64,000 nucleotides of DNA from Vulcanimicrobiota bacterium (GTDB lineage: Bacteria; Vulcanimicrobiota; Xenobia; Xenobiales; JADMJV01): the NCBI GenBank assembly GCA_050250895.1, contig JBFWNU010000007.1, positions 256,001-320,000 on the forward strand, in the 5' to 3' direction. Each line of letters opens with the position of its first letter. Position 1 is the stretch's first letter. The notes under the pieces are model-generated. The model was not told where the DNA came from, ran no database searches, and saw nothing but the letters and a program-made list of their open reading frames with translations. Position numbers and translations under genes: made by a program. Positions 1-7,080 of the stretch are shown piece by piece.

Positions 1-2
1 AA

Positions 3-344
3 GAGGGTCGTATTCTCAATGGCGAAGCCGTCTGTCCCGGCGAGTACGTGGCCGGGTGGATCAAACGGGGCCCGAGCGGAGTGATCGGCACCAACAAGCC
101 GTGCGCCAAAGAGACGGTGGAGCGCATGCTCGAAGATGTGGCTGCCGGCCAGGTCCACCAGCCCGGTAACCCCAGTCGAGAAGCCCTCGAAGCCCGCCTG
201 CAGGGACGCACGCGCTGGGTCAGCTTCGCAGATTGGAAGCGCCTCGACGACCTCGAGGTATCGCGGGGCCAGAGCAGCGGACGTCCGAGAGTGAAGTTTA
301 CCTCGGTGGACGAGATGCTAGAAGCTTTACAGATTCACGCCTAG
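3..344 (+). CDS. Ferredoxin/adrenodoxin-NADP reductase (FprA-like), C-terminal part; 5' truncated by window edge
   Basis: AGWIKRGPSGVIGTNK and the terminal WKRLDDLE..RG...GRPRVKF motifs typical of FprA/adrenodoxin reductase; frame is open to the window start. Confidence 0.85.
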   Translation, partial: EGRILNGEAVCPGEYVAGWIKRGPSGVIGTNKPCAKETVERMLEDVAAGQVHQPGNPSREALEARLQGRTRWVSFADWKRLDDLEVSRGQSSGRPRVKFTSVDEMLEALQIHA

Positions 345-353
345 GAGGATCGG

Positions 354-1286
354 ATGAAGATTTCTGTCGTTGGTGGAGCCGGCCGAGTCGGCTCGAATAC
401 TGCCTTCGCCCTACAGGCCTGGGGCCTGGGCAACGAACTGGCCCTGATCGATGTCAACACCGACGGAGCCGCGGGGGAGGCGCTCGACCTGCTGCACGGA
501 GCGGCTTTCACGGCCCCGCAACGGATCACGTCGGGTGGCTTTGACCACCTGCAGGGCTCGGATATCATCGTGGTGACCGCCGGTCTGCGCCGCCAGCCCG
601 ACGAGCCCCGCCTGGCCCTGATCAATCGCAACGTCAAGCTTTTCAACGACATCATGGACCACATTCGCAAGGCGGCCGTGCCGGCTCATTGTGTGCTGGT
701 CGTGGTGACCAATCCCGTGGACATCCTCACCCACGTGGCGGTCGAGCGCTCGGGCCTGCCTCCGCAGCAGGTGCTCGGCCTGGGCACGGTGCTCGACACC
801 CTGCGCTTTCGCTCGCTGTTGGCTGATTACTTCCAGCTGGACGCTACCCAGATGCAGGCGCTGATCCTGGGTGAACACGGCGACTCGATGGTGCCCATCT
901 GGTCGACGGCCAACATCAACGGCGTACCCTTCACCAGCCTGCCTGCGTACGAGCAGTCCAAGATTACGGCGATCTTCGAGCGCGCTCGTAAGAGCGGCGC
1001 CGAGGTAATCAAGCTCAAAGGTGGCGCCGGCTACGCCGTTGGCATCGCCATCGCCGCGGTGGTGCGCGCGGTAGCGCGCGACACCAAGACGCTCTTGCCC
1101 GTTTCGACCCTGCAAACCGGCCTCTACGGCATCCGCGACGTTTGCCTTTCGGTTCCCACCGTAGTTGGTGCCGGGGGCGCCGAACGCCTGGTGGAGATGG
1201 AACTCTGGCCCAAAGAAGAAGCCGGGATGCGCCACTCTGCCGAGTCGCTGAAAGCGACCCTCGAACAGGTCCGAGCCGCTCGTTAG
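354..1286 (+). CDS. Lactate/malate dehydrogenase family protein (Arg at the specificity position suggests MDH-type)
   Basis: GGAGRVG Rossmann motif, TAGLRRQPDEPRL loop, TNPVD, LDTLRF, LGEHGDS; RBS AGGAGG upstream. Confidence 0.92.
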   Translation: MKISVVGGAGRVGSNTAFALQAWGLGNELALIDVNTDGAAGEALDLLHGAAFTAPQRITSGGFDHLQGSDIIVVTAGLRRQPDEPRLALINRNVKLFNDIMDHIRKAAVPAHCVLVVVTNPVDILTHVAVERSGLPPQQVLGLGTVLDTLRFRSLLADYFQLDATQMQALILGEHGDSMVPIWSTANINGVPFTSLPAYEQSKITAIFERARKSGAEVIKLKGGAGYAVGIAIAAVVRAVARDTKTLLPVSTLQTGLYGIRDVCLSVPTVVGAGGAERLVEMELWPKEEAGMRHSAESLKATLEQVRAAR

Positions 1287-1475
1287 GCTCTGCGCCGAGG
1301 AGCGCCGGCTTCGCTTCGCTCGCCAGTGGGAGGGGAGCGGCGCAGGGCCGCCGAGAGCAGCGCATCTTCGCCGGCCGCCGCCCCCTCGGCCGAAAGGCCG
1401 CTCCCACCTCCGCGAAGCGGCTCTCACCTCGGCCGGAGGGTAGCCTTGGCTCGCTCGCACTCGCCAGCGGAGCGC
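1287..1475. repeat. Modular palindromic intergenic repeat, copy A
   Basis: Shares CGCTCGCCAGTGGGAGGGGAGCGGCGCA, CTCCGCGAAGCGGCT and CCTCGGCCGAAAGG blocks with copies at about 3.3-3.5 kb and 4.15-4.4 kb. Confidence 0.8.
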
Positions 1476-1779
1476 GCGCCACCCCACGTGCTTTCCGTGG
1501 GTTGCAACCTTCCCCGCCGGTGCGGCTGGAAGGTCGTTCCACCGTATGCCGGATTTGACACGTGGTTGCGCCGTACTCGGGCGAGGTTGCTCTTCCGTGC
1601 TTAAGAGTGTGGCAAAACCCCAATCCCTAATCCATAAACTCGCCAGAACGCTCACCCCACGCCCCCCACAACCACAACCCTCTCCGTGCCCTCCTGATCT
1701 CCGCGGTTTACTTCTCAGGCGCCCCACTGGCGAGCCACCCCGGCCTGTGCTTCGACCAGGCGCCGCGCCACGTCCCCGG

Positions 1780-1795
1780 ACTTCCAGCTGGAAGT
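1780..1795. promoter_or_regulatory. 16-bp perfect palindrome ACTTCCAGCTGGAAGT (putative protein-binding site)
   Basis: Perfect inverted repeat; the identical 16-mer recurs at 2950-2965 inside the HNH gene. Confidence 0.5.
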
Positions 1796-2023
1796 ATTCG
1801 CTCGCTCGGTAGCGACGAAATGTTCGGATATCCTAATATTTGAGAAATGCGGAGTTTGCTCTGCAGTTCGTCCGTCTCTGAACGTGGGCGTACGGGTCGT
1901 GGTGGGGGTGGACAACTACCCTCGCCCGGATCATCGTTGGCGAATCGTTTTTTCGCCGCAATCCCGTCTCGTGCCCACCTGTGAGGCGAATTTCAAACGC
2001 TGTAACCAAGCCGTTTTCGTGTG

Positions 2024-2052
2024 TTGCTCCGCGGGGTTTTCTTGAGTAAGAT
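2024..2052 (+). promoter_or_regulatory. Putative sigma70 promoter of the HNH gene
   Basis: TTGCTC-17 nt-TAAGAT, about 40 nt upstream of the ATG at 2093, which has a GGAGG RBS. Confidence 0.45.
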
Positions 2053-2092
2053 AGGATCATTCCTTGATTCTTCTTCTACTCGGAGGTCGGCT

Positions 2093-3277
2093 ATGTCATC
2101 ATCTCTATCAGGACTGTCCCACTCATTGCAACAACTCTCCCATCAAGAACTGCATCAGCGAAATCGCCAGGCTAGCCAGCGCTCCTTTGGGTGCGAATGG
2201 GAGTTGGCCGCCCACCTTTTGGCCACCGAGCGTAGCGGCCTCTATCGCCAGATGGGTTGCGGCAGCACGGTCGGATACGCTATCTACCACCTCCAACTGC
2301 ATCCTCAGAAGGCGGGCGAACTCCTTAGCCTGGCCAGGGTCTTCGAGCAACTGCCACTGATCTCGGAAGCCTTTCGCGAGGGAAAGCTGTGCTGGAGCAA
2401 AGCGCGTGCTCTCAAGCGGATCACGACCCCCGAGAACGAGGCTGAGATGCTCGAGTTTGCCCTTAAGAACAAAGCTCAGACAGTCGAGCGCGCCGTGGCG
2501 CTGACTCCCACCCAATACAAGCGCGGCCAAGCTCTGAAAGCCTCACTCGAAGCTCGCCAGAGTCAACCCGAGCTGACCTTCGGCGAGCAGCCCACGAAGG
2601 CTGCCGAGAAGCCAGCGCCGCCCGCCGTTCCAGAGGCTCCGAAGTTGCGAAAGGTCATTTTGCTGCTGCCCCCTGAGGAGTATGCCGTCTATGAGCAGGC
2701 GAAGAGAATGGTCGAGGCGCGCCAGGGCAAGCGAGTTAGCCAGGAGACGGCCGTGGCCGAGATGAGCAGGGCTCTTCTCGCCTCGGCCGACAACCGCAGC
2801 AAAGTGCGACATCAGGTCATCGTGCAAGTGAACGGCGAGACCGGCGAAGGTTTCTATGATACCGACCGGGGACTCTTGCCGGCCGAACCCGAGGCCGTCG
2901 ACGAGGCCATGAAACAAACCGGTATCGTGGTGGCTTGTTCCCAGGCCGAACTTCCAGCTGGAAGTTCCCAGGCCGAGCAATTGTCGCTACTGCCGAGTCG
3001 GTCCAAGACCCGGCCGGGGCTTCCGGTGGGTTTGGTGCGAGCGGTCTACGCCCGAGCCTTCGGCCGCTGCGAGCGATGCTCGTGCTCGGGCGGCAATCTG
3101 GTGGTGCACCACGTTCGCGCCTGGTCCGAAACCAGACAGCATCGGCTGGAGGACTTAGAGCTGCTCTGTCCGGGTTGCCACGCCAATGAACACGAGAAAG
3201 ACTTTGCGAACCGACCCGAGTGGAAGGCGGCGCGGGATTCGGCCGTGCGGCGCCGGCGCAAGTCACGCTCGGGATGA
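2093..3277 (+). CDS. HNH endonuclease with helical N-terminal region (DUF222/13E12-repeat-like architecture)
   Basis: GGAGG RBS before ATG 2093; N-terminal LPLISEAFREGKLCWSKAR; C-terminal CERC...VHHVRAWS....HRLEDLELLCPGCHANEH. Confidence 0.85.
   Translation: MSSSLSGLSHSLQQLSHQELHQRNRQASQRSFGCEWELAAHLLATERSGLYRQMGCGSTVGYAIYHLQLHPQKAGELLSLARVFEQLPLISEAFREGKLCWSKARALKRITTPENEAEMLEFALKNKAQTVERAVALTPTQYKRGQALKASLEARQSQPELTFGEQPTKAAEKPAPPAVPEAPKLRKVILLLPPEEYAVYEQAKRMVEARQGKRVSQETAVAEMSRALLASADNRSKVRHQVIVQVNGETGEGFYDTDRGLLPAEPEAVDEAMKQTGIVVACSQAELPAGSSQAEQLSLLPSRSKTRPGLPVGLVRAVYARAFGRCERCSCSGGNLVVHHVRAWSETRQHRLEDLELLCPGCHANEHEKDFANRPEWKAARDSAVRRRRKSRSG
2948..2967. repeat. 20-bp perfect palindrome GAACTTCCAGCTGGAAGTTC within the HNH CDS, overlapped by direct repeats GTTCCCAGGCCGA
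   Basis: Read directly; direct repeats at 2937-2949 and 2964-2976. Confidence 0.8.
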
Positions 3278-3281
3278 ACTA

Positions 3282-3538
3282 AGGAGTGCCGGCTGCGGCC
3301 AGACGACTTCGTCGTCGAGGAGTGTCGGCTACGCCGCCAAGTAAGGAGCCGGGCTTCGCCCGGAGAGGGGAGCACTGGCTTCGCTTGCGCTCGCCAGTGG
3401 GAGGGGAGCGGCGCAAGGCCGCCGAGAGTCTCGACCTCGAGGTGAGCGCAGCGAACCTCGCTCCCATCTCCGCGAAGCGGCTCCTCCCTCGGCCGAAAGG
3501 CTGCTCCTCCCTCGACCGGAGGCCGCCTTTCGGCGAGG
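3282..3538. repeat. Modular palindromic intergenic repeat, copy B
   Basis: Near-identical over about 180 bp to copy C (e.g. CTCGAGGTGAGCGCAGCGAACCTCGCTCCCATCTCCGCGAAGCGGCT). Confidence 0.85.
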
Positions 3539-3569
3539 TTGTCGTGGCCGGGGTGGCGAAATTCGTCTG

Positions 3570-4148
3570 GTGCGGCGCGCTATTCCTGGGCTATGGGTTC
3601 TGATCATCCTGGTGGTGGTTGGATTGGGCGGTCGTTGGCAGGAGCAACCGCGGCCTGGTGAATGGAAACTGCTGACCGATTACTTCGATCCTCGCTGCGG
3701 GGGATTTCGGTGGCTCGACTACGTCGTCATGAGTGGGAAAGGTTTGTCATGCAACCAGCATGTGGCTCATCCCGGGGCCTCGTGGCGCCATCCGGTGGCT
3801 CGTGTCCAGCAGGGAGGCCTGAGCTTGGAGTTGGAGATCAGGGACTTGCCGTGCGGCAGGTACATGAACCCTCTCGAGAAAGTGCCCGAACGGTTGCTTC
3901 TGATGGTAGACGGAGTACCGGTGGGACGCTGTTGCGAGATGAAGGTGCTGGGCTCTGCCCAGGAATGGGCGCGAGTTCGATTTACCGTGAGGCACATCTC
4001 CTCGGGGCGGATCGAGCAAGTGGCGGCCTGCATCAATCAGGGCCCCAGCTTCGAACCCACCGACAATTGGTCGTTTTACGAACTCAAGACTAACCCGGCC
4101 AGGTTCGTGGTCGACACCAGGGACCCACGCACCGAGCGGTGCCCTTGA
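3570..4148 (+). CDS. Hypothetical protein with N-terminal membrane anchor or signal peptide
   Basis: Hydrophobic LWVLIILVVVGLGG; fills the gap between repeats B and C; no recognisable domain. Confidence 0.55.
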   Translation: MRRAIPGLWVLIILVVVGLGGRWQEQPRPGEWKLLTDYFDPRCGGFRWLDYVVMSGKGLSCNQHVAHPGASWRHPVARVQQGGLSLELEIRDLPCGRYMNPLEKVPERLLLMVDGVPVGRCCEMKVLGSAQEWARVRFTVRHISSGRIEQVAACINQGPSFEPTDNWSFYELKTNPARFVVDTRDPRTERCP

Positions 4149-4152
4149 GCAC

Positions 4153-4395
4153 TCGAGGAGAATCGGCTGCGCCGCCAAGTAGGGAGCCGGGCTTCGCCCC
4201 ACCGGCTTCACTAGCGCTCGCCAGTGGGAGGGGAGCGGCGCAAGCCGCCGAGAGTCTCAAACTCGAGGTGAGCGCAGCGAACCTCGCTCCCATCTCCGCG
4301 AAGCGGCTTCCACCTCGGCCGAGAGGCCGCTTCCATCTCCGCGAAGCGGCTCCTACCTCGGCCGAAAGGCCGCTCCTCGCTGGCGAAGCCAGCCC
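4153..4395. repeat. Modular palindromic intergenic repeat, copy C
   Basis: Near-identical to copy B, with a tandem duplication of the CCATCTCCGCGAAGCGG/CCTCGGCCGA(G/A)AGGCC unit. Confidence 0.85.
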
Positions 4396-4578
4396 CGCGT
4401 CCAAACAGCAACCTTTTGTTCAATCCGGGTTCGCCAGTTCATGGGTAGACTGCTATTGTCCCGTCGGGGTAAACTTTACGGGACAGGAAAGGTCACTTCC
4501 CATGCGGATTCCTGACGCCGTAAACTCAGTGGCCTCGGTCGTTTCGATTGGGGTCATCGAGAGGCTGTAGACCACAAC

Positions 4579-4605
4579 AAAAAAGAGGCCGTTTGGCCTC
4601 TTTTT
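4579..4605. terminator. Bidirectional rho-independent terminator
   Basis: AAAAAAGAGGCC-GTTT-GGCCTCTTTTT, with an A-tract and a T-tract on either side. Confidence 0.8.
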
Positions 4606-4608
4606 CTT

Positions 4609-5028
4609 TTACCAGACGGGCGGCTCGCCCTCGAACTTGGTGGGCTCTGACTCGCCACCGTTGTAGTAGACGAAGATTCTTGGCTTGACCGAGCGCTCGG
4701 CCAGCACGTCCCACTTGAAGGTCAGAACCTCCTTTTTGCCAGCATCGAGTTCGCCGATTTCGCGGGTGAGGGTCTCGACGGGGCGGTTGCGGTCGTTATA
4801 GAGGATGACCTCCATCTTGACGCCGTCGACCGGCACATCGGCCAGGTTCTGCAACCAGACCGTCATGCTGCCACGCGATGACATGATGCTGGAACGGCCG
4901 GCATCGTTGTTCATTTTGGCCTTGAGCACTTTGAGGGGGTGGTCGATCTTGTCTTCGGACCAGGCCGTCAGAGTCAGGGCAAAAGTGGCCAGGGCCACCA
5001 GGGTAGCAAATACAACTCTTTTGTTCAT
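4609..5028 (-). CDS. Secreted Ig-like protein (FxLYD-like)
   Basis: Sec signal ending AWS; LQN...VDGVKMEVILYNDRNRPV...GELDAG pattern. Confidence 0.7.
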   Translation of the reverse strand: MNKRVVFATLVALATFALTLTAWSEDKIDHPLKVLKAKMNNDAGRSSIMSSRGSMTVWLQNLADVPVDGVKMEVILYNDRNRPVETLTREIGELDAGKKEVLTFKWDVLAERSVKPRIFVYYNGGESEPTKFEGEPPVW

Positions 5029-5082
5029 GGGGCGTAGCTTCTGTTCCCCAGGGAGTTACCCTCTTTCCCAGAAGGAACGCTG

Positions 5083-5760
5083 ATGCGATTGTCGATTGTG
5101 GTGCCAGTCCTCGACGAGAGTTCGACGCTGGAGCAGCTGCTGGAGCATCTCGAGGGGCTGGCCGGTGTGCACGAGGTGATCGTGGTCGACGGCGGGTCAA
5201 AGGACGGAACGCCCGAGTTGGCGTTGGGTCGCGCTCGTTTGCTGGCTTCGGCCCCCGGGCGGGGCCAGCAGATGAACGCGGGGGCGGCCGAGGCCGCGGG
5301 CGACGTGCTGTTGTTTCTGCACGCCGACACCCGGTTGCCGCCCCAGGCCTCGGGGGCCATCCAGCAGGCTTTGGAAGACCCGACGGTGGTGGGGGGAATG
5401 TTCAGCAAGGTGGCTTTCACCGAGCATCCTCTCTTGACTGTCAGCGATCAGCTGGTCGAGTGGGTCCAATGGTGGCGACCGATGCTGCTGGGCGACCGGG
5501 CCATCTTCGTCAGGCGTCAGAGTTTCGAGCGGGTGGGCGGTTATCGTCGCCTCGAGATCATGGAAGATCCCGACCTCGGTGATCGTTTGGCAAAAGTCGG
5601 GCGCCTGACCGTGCTCGAGGCCAGAGTCACTACCTCGGCCCGAAGGTTCCTCAAAGCTGGGGTGACGCGCACCCTGTGGCTGATGTTCTGCCTCTGCGCC
5701 CTGTATCAACTGGGGCTTCCCACCGGCTGGCTAGCCCGCTATTATCGGGCTAATCGTTAG
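5083..5760 (+). CDS. Glycosyltransferase family 2 (TIGR04283-like)
   Basis: LSIVVPVLDE, VVDGGSKDGT, GRGQQMNAGA, FLHADT, MED, TSARRF. Confidence 0.9.
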   Translation: MRLSIVVPVLDESSTLEQLLEHLEGLAGVHEVIVVDGGSKDGTPELALGRARLLASAPGRGQQMNAGAAEAAGDVLLFLHADTRLPPQASGAIQQALEDPTVVGGMFSKVAFTEHPLLTVSDQLVEWVQWWRPMLLGDRAIFVRRQSFERVGGYRRLEIMEDPDLGDRLAKVGRLTVLEARVTTSARRFLKAGVTRTLWLMFCLCALYQLGLPTGWLARYYRANR

Positions 5761-6989
5761 TTCTTGGAGGCAGCGGGCAGCGGTTTGGGGGCAGGGGCGG
5801 GCTTCTTCGAGCGGATCAACACCAGCGGGGTCATCTCGCCGGCGTTGCCCTGCGGGTTCGGCTTGAGAGCCTCGACCACTTCGTCATGACGGCTCGGGTC
5901 GGACAGGTGCAAGACATCGACCTTGCCCAGGTCGTTGGCGTCGACGATGGTGGCCTCGAGCCCGGTCTTGGCCTTGATCTCGGCCACCAGGGCATCGCCC
6001 CGGGCCGGACCCATGACCACATGCTTGTCGAAGGGGGGTAGCGTGCCGGTGCAATCATCGATCGTAGCCACCGCTCGTCCGGCCAGGCGATAGAACTCGC
6101 CTGGTTTTCCGCGCAGTTTGCCGATCACTCCCACCGCCATAGAGACCAGAATCTTGGCCACTCCCACTTCACGGAAGGCCATCTCGAGGGCGTAGACCGA
6201 CGAGAGCGACGAGTTCATGTCGAACAGTTTGTTGAGGCGGGTGGCCAGATAGCGAGGCTTGATGTCCTCACAATAGGCGATCCGGCCCTGGCAGATAGCC
6301 ACTACCGTCTCGGCCAGAGCCACGATGTCACCTGGCTTGCCCACATCTTTGACGTGTTCGACCACCAGTTCCACCAGATCGTCGCCGGGACGAAGCAGGC
6401 GAGTGCGAAGGGGCACGACCGTGCCTTTGGGGTCGGTTTTCTTGGTAGGGGTCTCGCCGACGACTTCCTGGGTGGGCGCGTCTTCAACCTCGCGGAAGGT
6501 GTTGAAGTCGAGCAGCAATTCGACGCGCTCGTAGTGCATCGGAGAGCGTCCGTAATACTTGAAGAGACAGTCGATACGGAGCTTCTTCAACTCTTTCTCC
6601 AGCACCGCCCGCACGTCGGCGGCCGAAAGCCAGAGTTCGATGTAGGTGAGCAACTCGCCGCCGGGCTTGATGATGCAAGCTTCCCAGTAGCCGTCGGTCC
6701 GGGGGACCTCAGGGTTGATCCAGCGACAGACTGGCTGCAGAGCGCTGAACTTGTCTCCGGCTGGCTGAAGATTGGCCTGAGCGTCGATCATCAGTGCCTG
6801 CTGGCGGCCGTTGTTGGTGAACGGGATGGCAAAGCGCAGGCAGACGTGATTGTGATCGGCGTAGTAGAGGGTCTTCTCGCTGATCTGGTCGGTGCGTAGG
6901 CGCACACGGCAGTCGCCCACTTTTTTGCCCCACAGTTCGAGGCCGACGGCGCCCAGCGCCACAGGTATCAATGTCAAACTCAAGGACAT
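5757..6989 (-). CDS. Coenzyme F420-0:L-glutamate ligase (CofE)-like domain protein with an extra N-terminal domain
   Basis: C-terminal PLRTRLLRPGDD..ALAETVVAICQG..IDDCTGTLPPF..IVDANDLG..NPQGNAGEMTP; ATG at 6989 with GGAGGG RBS. Confidence 0.75.
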   Translation of the reverse strand: MSLSLTLIPVALGAVGLELWGKKVGDCRVRLRTDQISEKTLYYADHNHVCLRFAIPFTNNGRQQALMIDAQANLQPAGDKFSALQPVCRWINPEVPRTDGYWEACIIKPGGELLTYIELWLSAADVRAVLEKELKKLRIDCLFKYYGRSPMHYERVELLLDFNTFREVEDAPTQEVVGETPTKKTDPKGTVVPLRTRLLRPGDDLVELVVEHVKDVGKPGDIVALAETVVAICQGRIAYCEDIKPRYLATRLNKLFDMNSSLSSVYALEMAFREVGVAKILVSMAVGVIGKLRGKPGEFYRLAGRAVATIDDCTGTLPPFDKHVVMGPARGDALVAEIKAKTGLEATIVDANDLGKVDVLHLSDPSRHDEVVEALKPNPQGNAGEMTPLVLIRSKKPAPAPKPLPAASKN

Positions 6990-7080
6990 AAGCCCTCCGG
7001 AAGGAAGCGGCCCCAGACAGGGCAAAGATTTCCTCACAGGTTAATCATTCTCCGGTCTTATCCTCCTGTCGAAAGGTCGC

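Noticed and set aside
829-841. Third partial copy of the HNH palindrome (ACTTCCAGCTGGA) in the dehydrogenase gene
   Set aside because: Only 13 of 16 bases, inside ordinary coding sequence (YFQLD); it may be chance, so it is not called as a site.
1555-1580. Perfect TTGACA -35 box
   Set aside because: No -10 element at 16-18 nt spacing.
411-1727. 438-aa minus-strand ORF and other long antisense ORFs (e.g. 15327-16481, 34837-36066, 37429-39483)
   Set aside because: They are shadow frames of well-supported genes in high-GC DNA and have no recognisable motifs.
1282-4395. Integron cassette array (GTTAGGC at 1282 plus repeats between genes)
   Set aside because: No matching RYYYAAC/GTTRRRY pairs at the other repeats and no integrase; the GTTAG is simply the dehydrogenase stop.
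6996-7012. CCGGAAGGAAGCGGCC resembling the SRP (4.5S) RNA core
   Set aside because: The upstream CAGG half and the long enclosing stem are missing, and the segment overlaps the RBS of the minus-strand gene.
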